Assembly (NCBI GenBank): GCA_964036045.1
Contig: OZ038378.1
Span: forward strand, 30,318,001-30,382,000
Length of the DNA: 64,000 nucleotides
Reading direction: 5' to 3'
DNA from: Eutreptiella sp. 'Long Island Sound 2002'
Taxonomy: Eukaryota; Protista; Euglenida
Shown here one piece after another: positions 1 through 11,450 of this stretch. The notes below the pieces were generated by a model. That model did not search any database. It saw only the letters and a program-made list of their open reading frames with translations, and was not told the origin of the DNA. Both the position numbers and the translations under genes were made by a program. Positions within the stretch are counted from its first letter, which is position 1. Each line of letters starts with the position of its first letter.

Positions 1-3000
1 AGAGTGCTTTGGTGTCCTCTGATTCGGATCCTGACCCTCCCCTCGACCCTACCGTGGATTCCGACCCTGATGATGACTGTTGTGCAACATGCTGAGACCA
101 CAGCGGGCTCGAGCACATGCCTTCCATCGCCAATCCATTTGCCACCTCATTCCCCTGCACGTTGACATGTGCTGGGACATGCTCCCACCTGACTTCTCTT
201 CCTGGCGTCGCCATTTCCTGGAGCAGCATTTCCCAAACGGGAACGTGGACCTGCAGCTTACCAGACGTGGTTGTCCATCCCTTTGACTTCCAGTGTTGGG
301 CCCTGCCAGTCGCTCCCAGTTGTAGGTACTGTGAGTCGGTGAGGATTGCCAGTTTTGGCACCCATAACCCCTGTACGGCTTCTAGTGCTGCCCAAAGCTC
401 CGCTCCGTTGTGTGTTTGCCTGTGGCGTGTAGGTACGTAGCCGCAGAAACGCACCTCTGGTCCTTGCTCATCTTCCGCTGCGAATACGCCAAAGCCCCCG
501 GCCCTGGGTATGTCCTTGTGGCCCAGTCGTTTTGATGACCCGTCCGTGTACACAATCCTGTAACCCTTTGCAACCAGTTCTGCAATCAGATCTTGCACTC
601 CTTGTAGCACTCCCGGGCCTGCGTGCCTCGGGCGCTTCGGGCGTGTTTCTGTTTCCCTATGCCAACTGTGTTTGTCGGCTGTGCGCTCTTGCGTGAAGCA
701 CTCCGTGTGTGTTTGCCACCATGCACTCAATCCCCCATGTAGTCGTACTTCCCCTTGTCGCGGCTGCACTCCGGTATCTCGAAGTTGCTCCAGTGACTGC
801 TGGAAGCCTCTCCGCTGCTCCCTGCGCTCTCCTGAGTAAAACCCCACCCATTCACACAGCTCCCTAAGCCAGGTTGTTAGGTACGATATGAACACCGGCG
901 ATGCTCCTGCTTTGACTTCGCATCGGTATCGCCAGTGGGCACTTCTTGCCGACCACGTTGCCCAGCCTTGATTCGTGTTCAGGCAACCACTCCTGGTGGC
1001 CGGACTCCATCATGTCTCGGACTGCAGACTTCCCGTTCCCAGTTTCCACCGGGCCATAGTAGTGCTGTATCACCGCCGCCGCCGCTCTAAATATGGGGCA
1101 CTCGGCCATCGCGTGCTTGACCGTCTCCTTTTGAGAGCACACCGGGCACGTGACCGTGCCCGACCTCTTGTAGACTCTTGCATGCACAGTCAGTTTGTGC
1201 CACAGCACTTTTTGCGCAAAGTCCCGAACCCTCGGCGGTAGCTGAGCTTGTGCCCATTGCTCCCGTACCTCCGGTGTTTGTGGGTCGCCTACCCCCGGCT
1301 GAGAAGCGTAGAACTGAGGGAGCCATGCCCTGGTCCAGTTTTGGGCGTGGACTGCGGGGGTATCAAACCCCCCTTGTGACGGGAGTCGTCCGCCATGATT
1401 GTATATCCCTTTCCATGTTCGAGACAGTGCATTCAACAGCCTCACGTCCTCCAAGGATTGCAATTGACCCCACGTCAGCACTCCCTGCCGGATCATTTTC
1501 GTGTTGTAGTAGGAGTAGTTGAACTCATTTCGGAAGTACACATAGTGCCACAGTGGCAGATGGTCCCGGTTTGCCAGGGTGGCCGCTTGTGGGGCCACCC
1601 GTTGGATATGTGAGTGTGCCTTTGCCGACCATCCCAAGAACGTCAGCTCCGCCGTCCGGGCCATGCCCAACTGGATATATGGGAGGTTGTCTTTGGATGG
1701 TGTGAACCCGATGGTTGTCGCCCATGCATAGAAGGTCTCCACTGCCTTGTCGGGATACTTGTGAGGCTCTCCCAAGAGGCCGACGAACGGAGCCGCTGCC
1801 TGGTGCATGAGAAACAGCTCTGGCTCCGGCAGTGCCAGTCCCCCTTGCGTTCTTGGCCGTGAGAGGATTGGCAGAGTGATTCCCCAACTGTTGGTGCCCA
1901 TGGTCACGTGGTACACCGGCTTCAGCTGCCTGATCACTGAGATTGGGGCATAGTATGCCTTGGATACCCAGGCCACAACTGGCACCATCCATGATGTCAG
2001 CATGAAAGCACGTTCGTCCATCGACAACTGCAGCGTGGATACCACCCGTGCACAACGAAAGGCCTCTTGCAGTGCTGGTGCAAAAGCCTGCTCTACTGTC
2101 AGCCCCCATCCTTGGTCATCCTGGTGGTGCCGTATATTCCCCAAGCGTACACCCTGATACTTGACGAAGTTTTTGACGTCCACCCCAATGTCCCGAAAGC
2201 ACCTCGCCCACTCCATTCCCCCACAGGTGCGAACTATCGCCGCCGTTTTATTCAGGTTGACCTTCAGCCTAGGAAACTGTCCAAAGCAGGACACCACTTC
2301 CCATACCCTCCCCAGCAGCTGTGGGTTGGCCCGTGCGTCCAAGAAGATGATGAGGTCATCCGCATACATCATGATAGTCAGCCCTGGACCCAGGTCTTGT
2401 AGCGGGAAAATCACAAAAGATGCCACCAGGGAGAACAGTGCCGGGGAGAGTGGGTCTCCCTGGCGCGTTCCTGCACGCGGATGGTGGTAGACCCCTGGAG
2501 AATATCCCTTACCAACTGAGTACAGTTACGGTGCACGTAAAAGATGCAGTATCAGTCGGATGTACAGGAACGGTATGCACATTAGACCCAATGCCGCCGA
2601 CACCATCTCGTGAGACATCGTGGGGAACGCATTTCTGAAGTCCATTGACAACGCCTCTCCTTCACGTAAGCCATCCCAGAGAGCCCGTGACCCATAGACA
2701 TGCTCGAGGATACGTCTGTGACGAAGGAAACCCGTTTGCTGTGACGGGATGCAGTGGAGAAGTACATCCTCCAGCTGGATCAGGAGAATGTTGGTGAGCC
2801 ACTTCTGCCGTGTCGTTTGCAGCGCAATTGGTCGGAGAGAATTTGGCGTTTGCATCGCCTTTGTCTTGGGGATCATTGTCACCACGCCCGAAGTCCATGT
2901 CTCCGGCATGGTACCCGCGTCGAGGAAGCGTTTTAGTTACTCATACATTTGCGGCTCGAAAATTTCTGAGAACCTCTTGAAGAATTTTGCCGAGAAGCCC

Positions 3001-4564
3001 TCCAGTCCACGGGAGCTGTTGCTGTTCAACCTCTTGAGGCCTTCATGTACTATGTCCAGGGAAAGCTGCTTGAACAGGAGTCGACCTGCCTTGCACAGCC
3101 GTTGTTCCACTCCTAACGCCTTCAGATAGGCCATACATTCTTCCTCCGTGGCTCCCGTTGGGGTGAACACTTGATCCCAAAGTTCCACCAGCTCTTTGGC
3201 CACCGCCTTTGCTCCGCGTATTGCTGTGCCTCCCCGTGACACCAGCTGCTGAATTTTCTTTCGCTTATGCGGCTCCCGCATTAGCCGGCACAACTCGTTT
3301 CTTCGCGTTCTCATATCCCCTGACGTTTCCCCCGACGTGATCACCCCTTTGAGCTTGGAGAGTGTTTTCATGCCCGTTCTGTCACGCTGCGCCTTTTCAT
3401 ATACCCCAACAAGGAGGGTGTAGGCCGTTGCCGCTTGTGTCGCTGCAATTCCCAGTGATGAAAGAAATTGATAGACCGGTGTGACGGAGTCCCTTGTGGG
3501 GCCACGTAGGAGCCGTAGGGCTTGTAGTTCAACTGACTGTTTTTTGTTTTTGTGTTCCCTTTGGTAGCTGACCGCCTTCGTATGGATGCAGCCCAGTGCA
3601 TCTTCCTACCATTGGTCTCCCGTCGAGGTGATAGACTTGAGAGAGATCTCCAGATCTTCCATTGCCTCAGAGTCTTGGAGGATGGCCTCTGGGCAGTAGA
3701 ATGTAGGGATTGTGTCCTCCGTTTCGAAGGATGGGGATGTGAATTGAGCCGGGATTGCCTTGTGGTCCGAGTTGGCAGCAAACATGGGGTACACGCTGGG
3801 CGCCAAGCTCAACAAATCAGGCGTCGTGTGTATGCGGTCAATACGGCGTAATCTCTGCGGATCGAGCCGCTCTCCTTCTCGAGGGTAGCCGTATGTGAAG
3901 CCCGTTGGGCACGATGAATCTTTGTCCTTGATATCCGTCAGAGTTGGACAATGTATGTCCACCCAAACGTCCTGCAGACCCGCTCTCGGCAAGGCTGTAA
4001 CCTCCTGTTCTCGGGCATGTAAAGACGTGTCATGCTCAAACTTTGGGGCCACAAAGGCGTCCCGGTGTTTCACCACTAGACTATTGTGATTAGCACATAA
4101 AATGAGGTTCGGTTCATGTAACTCCTTGGCGATGTCTTTCCATTGTGACTGTCGTCGCGTGTGCTTGTGATGGAAGTGGGCCACCACTAAAGTGATCTCC
4201 AGTGGACCACTCGACAGTGAGGCTTTCAGCGCCCTGGAAGACAAGAACTTCATTGACTGTACGTCCACTTGGATGTTTTCCACGCCAATGCCACTCCTCC
4301 CCGTCCTTCTTCATGAAGTGGTCCGTCCAGGCCATACCCGTACTTTGATAAGCATTTCATGCCCGCTTGACGATCCTCCACTGTGACGAAGTGCGGCTCT
4401 TGGATGGCGAAGAAATCAACCTCTAGGGACCGAAGCAGTGACCCTAGGGCCACTATGCGTGTTTGCTTACACTTTCTCATGGTTATTTTCGTTTGAAATC
4501 CATTGATATTTTGGGACAATACTCTGAGCGTGCTGCTTAGAGGGATGCTTGATGCAGACGTCAT
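1..4564 (-). pseudogene. LINE ORF2 polyprotein: APE endonuclease (~3700-4564), reverse transcriptase (~2140-3010), zf-RVT-type finger (~1095-1230), RNase H (~125-560)
   Basis: Frameshifts near 4280 and ~985. In-frame stops at 3606, 2937 and 2526. After the ~985 shift the frame stays open to the window edge and encodes the RNase H. Confidence 0.93.
125..560 (-). pseudogene. RNase HI domain at the ORF2 C-terminus (not in the supplied ORF track)
   Basis: Manual translation: RIVYTDGSS...AGGFGVF...QTHNGAELWAALEAV...ILTDSQYL...HWKSKGWTTTSG...VWEMLL...WEHVPAHVNVQGNEVANGLA. The D, E, D and H motifs are present; the last Asp appears as Asn. Confidence 0.92.
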
Positions 4565-6225
4565 CGTGCTACTCCATTGGACGACGAAGCCTCATCCTCC
4601 TTCAAGTCCCGCTTGTGTTTGAGGGAGCTAATGACCTTGTCGACTTGGTCGTCCAACTCCATGGCCTTGGCCATTTCACCTGCCGTGATTAGGCCTTGCC
4701 TGCGTGTCTTTATGTCATCTCTGTTCCTGGGCCGGTCCGTGACACGCTTTTTTCGCGCCTCATAGTCCGCCTCGGAGATCACAAACATTGGAGGCATACC
4801 AGAATCCGACAGGTAGACTTTCCCAATCAGCTGTGACACACTTTCCCCGGTCAGCCGCCATGTGGCCGTGCGCATCTCCCCAACACTCCACCTGACACGG
4901 TCCGCGATATACCGGCACCGTACCGAAGGAGCAAGGGCCTCAGTCAGATCCGAGAGATACCACCAAGGTGCCACATCCAAGATGTACACTGTGCCCACCA
5001 GTTCCTTCTTCCACGTCGAGGGGACAGTGGGGTTGGAGATGATGTCTCTGTTGAGGAACTGTCCTGTCTTCAGGTCCTTGAAGACAGCCCCGATGGCAGG
5101 CACGAGTTCACGGTACCTTGTCTTCAACAGCGAGTGCCTGGTTTTTGCGAGACCCAGCAGTAGTTTACTGGGGCCCAACACATGGATTTTCACTGGCGAT
5201 TGCGCTTGCAAGACGCCCGGGATCGTCCAAAACATTGCGAGAATTGAGGCATACAGCATGGGGGACCATGTTTCCTTGTGTGTCTTCTTTATCCAGATCT
5301 CATAGACAGCAGACATGTTTGTCAAGTTGGCCCCACGATACCATTCCACTGGCTGGATCTGGAACCTTGGCTTGGATCCGAATTGTGATACCACGGTATT
5401 CACTTGTTCCTCATCCAGTTCTGTGAAGAACAGCTTCGAGTTCCGTGGGTCTGTTCCCGGAAAAAAATGGACTTCATCAGACTTCAAACCGATAGACCCC
5501 AACAGCCCGTTGATCAGGTCATTGTGGACCTGGATGGCGTACGGGGTATCCCGCACATCTAGTTCATGGAACACCACCTTGTCAACCTCTGCCCCAGGTG
5601 TCATAAGCCGCAGGACCTTGTACGTTGGGGGCGGCGACAGGTTCCTGGAGCCCCTTGTGCTACTCGCGATCCAGACATCAAATCAACCATGTGTGCGTAT
5701 GTGCATGAGAGACCTCTCTGCCATTTGCAGCTTGTCGCACCCGAATGGCAAGTTGGAGTTGAGAGCGAGTGCCCGATTGAGAAACGATGGCTTGTCATCA
5801 TCGTCGCTGACAGGTTCAAGCAGGATGGCAACAAAGCGGCCCAACATGGGCAGATCAGCAAGCAGCCTCTTAATTGCATTTTGAATTTTTGCATACTCAG
5901 TCATTTCCCCAAGGAGCACAACGTTGGGGCAACTGCCGTAAAGGACGGCAGCTAGTTTTTCGGACGAGTCGCAGTCCTTGAAGAGGTCGTACGACAGGGA
6001 GGCAGCCTCTGGAACTCCACTCTTCAGCACCACTTCGTCCTCGATGATGTAATCTGCATCATCGATGGCTGCCAAACACGCCAATTGACCGGCATCAGCA
6101 GGGACGATGACCTCCTCACCTGGCGTGGCCAGACGGGCCTGGGTGTCCCGGACACCCATGCGGTCAGGGGACAGGGAGGTGACGTCGGCGGCAGTTTGTC
6201 AAGGCCCAGCGGCCCGGGCAAGCAT
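4561..6225 (-). pseudogene. LINE ORF1 (about 555 codons, two internal TGA stops; possible RRM-like segment)
   Basis: ATG 6225, the 5683..6159 ORF and the 4561..5604 ORF share one frame, broken only by TGA at 6199-6201 and 5683-5685. The ORF1 stop overlaps the ORF2 start (ATGA at 4561-4564). TVYILDVAPWWYLSDLTEAL resembles an RRM start (weak). Confidence 0.8.
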
Positions 6226-6239
6226 GGACAAAAAGACAC

Positions 6240-6265
6240 CGAAAAAAAATAGACACTCAGAAAGT
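6240..6265 (-). other. Genomic copy of the 26-nt euglenid spliced-leader (SL) exon at the LINE 5' terminus
   Basis: Reverse complement of 6240-6265 is ACTTTCTGAGTGTCTATTTTTTTTCG, identical to the Euglena gracilis SL exon as I recall it. It is followed by 14 nt and then the ORF1 ATG at 6225. Confidence 0.9.
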
Positions 6266-7239
6266 GCGGGGGGGGGGGGGGGGCAGTGGAGGAGGTTAGT
6301 GGTGGGGTAGACGTTTTCAAACCCCTAACTTCAACTTCCCCGCCCCCGTGCTGCGACATGACCCCTAAGAGGGAGTCAACCGTTTTGGAGCGGGGATAAG
6401 GCGGACGGCCCTCAGCTCGGGGGGGCAGCCGCAACTGGTGCCACACATCCGTCGTCCCCCTTCTGGCGGAGAGGACCCGGATGTGGATGAGGGTGGGGAA
6501 GGGGTCCAAACCTTTTGCCCACTCCACCACCTCCCCCACTAGCAGGGGCCCCGTGTATGTGGCCTCCTGCGGCGTGTGCGGGCGACGGTAAGGGCCAGGA
6601 AGTGGGCGTGGGTGTCAGCGGCTCCGTCCATAAGGCTACCATGTTGCGAGAGAGCCAAATGCAAGAGAAATGAGAGCTGCATAGGGCAACAAAAGCATGG
6701 AAAGGAGCGGAACTTGAAAAACGTTGGACATATTCGCGCGATTGTAGCGCGATATTGGAATGAATGGAAATTACATGCGAATGCAACTGATACATGCGAC
6801 CGAGACGTGCAAATATGCACGCAAATTTAACTTTTTTTTGCGAATCCAAGCGATAACAGCTACCACTCGGGCTACATTTTGCGTGCCTTCAATCTTCTTT
6901 AATGTTTGGCGAAGTAAGCACGGCAAACGGGCAAACGGGCACGGAATAACGGGCAAAACGGGCCAAAAGTCAGCGATGTGCGCATGTTCATTCAGGAGTG
7001 CGGTTCGCAAAGGCTACATGGGCGAGTATGGGGCGGGACTAGTGGGAGTGGGTGTCGGCAACGGGATCCAGCAAGGAACCCAGCCCAGACAAGTGTTGCG
7101 ACATGTCAGAAACAAAGCTCTGTTGCACGGGGTAAACACGTGTGACATGAATGTGAGATTTGTGCTAAATTCGTGCCAAAATCGTGCAAAATTCGTACTA
7201 AATGCACTTTCGTCTAAATCGTGTGAATGATCTCCGAAT

Positions 7240-7560
7240 GTGTGTGAAAGTGATTAGGACAGCACGGGGTGCATCGTCTTCGTGATGAAGGCCATCCTAT
7301 GTGCAGTGGTGTTGGCCACGGCCCGTCAGCGTGCACAGCAATCCAGCCAGCTGCACGCGTTTTCCTGGTGGCCCCAAACCGTGGCGGATGAATAGAGCCC
7401 GCGCATATTGGAGCCGGGCAAATGTTGCGGGGCAACATTCCCCATACATGACGGTGTAGGTCGCATCATGCAGTACGAGTGAAGTAGCACTCCAGCGTTA
7501 CACGGCGGTGAGGCGGGGACTACCACTCTAGGACACCGTACGCATACGCTTGCTTGATGG
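7240..7560 (-). mobile_element. Possible decayed non-LTR fragment (post-RT region)
   Basis: Stop-interrupted frame KRMRTVS*SGSPRL...DATYTVMYGNVAPQHLP...VWGH...RAVANTTAHRMAFITKTMHP resembles LINE thumb/linker sequence. No diagnostic motif. Confidence 0.3.
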
Positions 7561-7701
7561 CGAGGGGGGGGGGGGATTGGCATTCTGAGAGAGTACCTGG
7601 AAGTGGGCGGCAAAGGGGCGGAGGAGGGAGCTGTGTGAACCCACATAGTACTTGTCCGAAAGCGCCGCGTCGTACGCGGTGTGGAGGCTAAACCCTAGGT
7701 A

Positions 7702-9508
7702 CACGCCAGACCCAATTTGGTTCTAGCCTAGATGGCGCTAAAAGGCTAGAACGAAAAAAAGAGGGGGTTACCCCCACCTGTGGGGGTCAAGGGTGGGAGA
7801 TATGAGGGATCCAACTTGGATTCCCTTATCCGTACTTGGGGGCCTAGGGCTTGCTTTTCACAATTTCAGCGTTTTGACCTGAAAACGGAATGGAAAAGGT
7901 TTTGTTGTAGCGACGTTCTAGCGACGGTCTAGCGCCGCTCCCTAGAACGGCGCTAGAACATCTAGTCTAGAACGAAACTAGAACAAAAACATTGAAAAAT
8001 TTCAGCAAGCTAAAGACACCAATGTGTGTGTGGGAGGGGTTCCATGATACACACACATGGAAACGAACATAGTGGGCGCATGTATATGCCTATGTGCCCC
8101 CCCCCCCCCCCCACACACACAATTTGGCATAGAAACAACACACAACATACGATGTTGATGGGAAGCGTGGAGCAAGACACCGACCACAAGCACCGCACAA
8201 ACACCCCCTGAGTGTCGAGCTATCAGCCCCCCCCCCCCCCCCGCTTTCCATGCTGTGGTTTGGGGTGTGGGGCTACGGTGCTTGTTGTGCTTAAGGTTAG
8301 GGCGGGTATCCATTACCTTTTTGCAGGTGTGCTTTTGTTTTTTGAAACGGTTGACTTCATAATTGCAGTAAGAAGTGCGTACACAGTGACACCAAGAGGT
8401 AGGTGTGTTACTCCTTCCCTCCTCACCGCCATGTGTGTCTGTGGTTTGGGGTTGTGTACTGTACTGCTGTACTGTCAGGAGCTGTGCTTTGTGGGTCAGT
8501 GGTATGCTTTGTCCCCCCGCCTCCCAGGTTATGGGACCGCCCCCCCTTTGTTTGCACCGGTACCTGGCTTGTTGGTTGGTTGGCTGTTGGTTTTCGGGTT
8601 GCTTGGTTGGTTGTTGGGTTGGTTGGTTGGTTGTTGGACAGGTGAGTTTGGCTGGTTGGTTGGTTGGTTGGTTGGTTGCGTGGTTGGTTGGTTGTTTGCT
8701 AGTTGCTGGGGTGTATGTGTGTTTGTGCACAGGTGCTGTAGCATTGTATGTGGTGTTGGGTTGGGTGTTTGTGTGTGTGTGTGTTGCCTGGACAGGTGCT
8801 GTGTGGTGTTGTTGCACAGTGTGTCTGTGTGTAAGCATGCCTGTGCAACCATTGCAAGGGTCTCTGCGGTGTTTTGCACATTTCATTTTGGCCTTATTCC
8901 AGGTTTTCAAACGCTCCCCTCAGCCCCTCAAAGCTGGGATTTTCTCGCGAGGTGTTCTAGCGGCGTTCTAACGCCGTTCTAGCGGTGCCGCTTGCTTCAC
9001 TCGCTAGGACGTCGCTAGAACACCCCGCTAGAACGCTGCTAGAACAGCGGAATGAAATCTGCACAACCCCCCCAAAGACCCTTGCAATGGTTGCACAGGC
9101 ATGCTTACACAGAGACGGATTGTGAAACAACACCACAGAGCATGTGTCCAGGCAACACACACACATACACCCCAGCAACTAGCCATCAACCAGCCAACCA
9201 CGCAACCAACCAACCAACCAACCAACCAACCAGCGAAACTCGGCTGTCCAACAACCAACCAACCAACCCAACAACCAACCAAGCAACCCGAAAACCAACA
9301 GCCAACCAACCAACAAGCCAGGTACCAGTGCAGACAGAGTGGGGGGGGATTCCATAACCTGCGAGGAGGGGGGACAAAGCATACTACTTACCCACACAGC
9401 ACAGTGCATAACCCAGCCGGGCGGGGGGGGGGGGGGAGCAAGGGAGGAACGATGGTGGGAAGGGGGGACCTGTACACTAGACAACCCCACACCACAGATA
9501 GGCGGAGG
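7702..9508. mobile_element. Fold-back non-autonomous DNA element, copy 1 (right end truncated; opposite orientation to copy 2)
   Basis: Starts gTA|CACGCCAGA. Arrays of GCTAGAAC/GTTCTAGC at 7710-7985 and 8950-9050. Arms ~8000-8950 and ~9050-9508 are inverted and contain (AACC)n and (AC)n tracts. Homologous to the reverse complement of 41122-43379. Confidence 0.85.
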
Positions 9509-9519
9509 ACCATACCTTG

Positions 9520-11450
9520 TCAAGGGGGCAGAGGCATAGGAGGGTAGGGGCAAGGGCTCCTCAAAGAATGGGAAGCACACTGTAGCGGGGAGGGCTTACA
9601 TTGAAGGCTCGGAAGACAGTACCGGCCGCATCAAGGGCACACAGGAGGGTCACGGACTAGTCACGCAGAAGGTAGAAGGCGAACAACCGGGTCCGCCACT
9701 CGTCATCCCTCGGGTTTGCTAGGCACGAATGTCAAACCAAGCGCGGAGAATGACAGCCCCGAGTGGGGCGGCCAACACTGTGCCACCGCCGGCGTCCTGT
9801 GCACGGAGGGTACCATCACTGAAGAGTATGAGGTGGGTGTGGGTGGTATGGGCGCGGAGACCAACATAAATGTGGATCTTGAGATTCACAATCAGGGGGT
9901 CTGGCACGACCATCAAATGGACGCGCAACAAGGATGCGCCGAGGGATACCCGTTGGCGCTCACCCCCGGGGCTGTGCTCTTTTGCCACAAATGTGGCAGA
10001 CGCCGATGCCGTGGGGCCGCGGGAGCACGCTGTTTGTGTGTAAGTGACAAGCAGATGAGGAGCGGCGCGGAAATTCATATCGGAACTCCGGAGCCGCCAT
10101 TGACCCTGGGAAGAGCGATCACGACCCGTGACGTTAAGCATGGCAGGCTCAGCACATGGCGGTTCGGAGCCGGCACCTGAAAGGCAAAGGATTTTGCATG
10201 CTGGAAGTCGAAGGCAACACCAGAGGCAATGTAATTGTACTAGGCGAGGACGTACGCCCATAGGGAGCGGAGGGCCAACCCTCGGATAACAACGGCAGAC
10301 TACATGCGGGCATGGAGGCAGGTGGTTTCACCGATCATGTTGGCGAACACGGGCGGGACGGACAGATCTGCTGCGAGGGGGATGATGACAACTTGAGGGC
10401 ACACCATGGAAGTGGGGCATTCGCGGTGACAGACATGGCTGTGCGCCGTTGGATGGCTCTTGAGTGGGCGTTAAAGCGGAAGGACTTCAATGTGTCGACG
10501 TGGACCAGGCCTCCCTTAGCGACGATGGCTGCGGCTTCGAGGCGTGTGACTACTTCAACTGCGGAAAGGGTGGGCCACATCAGCCAGAAGTCATCGGAGA
10601 AGCTGCTGTTGTTGACCGGGAGGCCTGCTGGACTCGGCGGTTTCCGAATATCGGGGGCTAAGGGCAGGCAATCCCCCCCTCCGTCCAGCTTGCCGACTTC
10701 GTAAGCGTCGCCTGAGATGTTGTCGCCCTGGCTGCACCAATGACGTATGGCTCTACGTAGCCATCTTCGGTGAGGGGGCACAGGCGGAGTCGGGCAAAGT
10801 ATTGCACGGCCCACGGCCTAAAGTCCGAGCGGATGTGCACAAGTTGGTGCAGGGCGGCCGCATCTTCCTGCTGCTACCGGAGTAACGCATCGGCGGAGTC
10901 CCGATCATTGACGGCTACGGACCAGTGCTACTGTACTCCGGCGGCCACTGTTGGACGCTGAGCGCCGTGAAGGTAAGGCACATGTTTGCACACTTTGCGA
11001 AGACGTATGGGGGGTAGGAGCTTGAGGCCTCTAGGGATGGCACCAGGATGTTCTGGGCTGCTTGGGGCTCAACACGCACCACCGGGGAGGTGAGGGTCAC
11101 CGGACGATGGGAATGGAACGAGTGGGACAAAGATTTCTGTTTGTCGAGTCCCATCCTGGCGGAATCAAGGGAGAGGCGGTTAGCACTGGTGTTCACGAGG
11201 TGCCATTGGGGCTGGACACTGTGGACACCACCATGGGTGCGGTGGTAGAGAAGGAATTCCGGGTATTGGTCGAGGGCAGCGAATACGGATCCCTGAGTAG
11301 TGGCCTATTGCAATACAGGATCATTGCGCATGAATAGGCCTGCCATGAGTGGGCGGGTGAAGAGATCTCACTGGATCTCATTGGTCGAGGCCCTAGTGCA
11401 GCATGTGCCTGAGAAGGGGTGCTGGGATGCGCGCTATCTGCTCCAATCCC
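9520..11450 (-). mobile_element. Heavily decayed non-LTR retrotransposon (RT plus probable RNase H)
   Basis: RPVTLTSPVVR (domain 1/2), QGDNISGDAY (~10725), SSFSDDFWL...GGLVHVDTLKSF (~10595; YADD-like domain 5-6) and ILFSDG...AGGG (~9815; RNase H-like), in order across frameshifts. Confidence 0.65.

Larger units (their letters stand above)
1..6265 (-). mobile_element. 5'-complete non-LTR retrotransposon (L1/Tx1-like architecture: ORF1 + APE-RT-zf-RNase H) beginning with a spliced-leader exon; 3' end lies beyond the window edge; mildly decayed
   Basis: Contiguous minus-strand ORF fragments give APE (SQNINGF, IQEPH, RIDRI, SDH), RT (RPIAL, DFRNAF, QGDPLSPALF, YADDL, KYQG), CCHC finger (CPVCSQKETVKHAMAECP) and RNase H motifs in canonical order. 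SL exon at the 5' end. Confidence 0.95.

Noticed and set aside
6240-6265. Functional SL RNA gene
   Set aside because: A GT follows the exon, but the downstream sequence leads after 14 nt into the in-frame LINE ORF1. No SL/5S repeat context is visible.
8002-9580. W/L/V/G-rich and N/Q/P/T-rich ORFs (also at 41609-42733)
   Set aside because: Translations of (AACC)n and (AC)n microsatellites inside the fold-back element arms.
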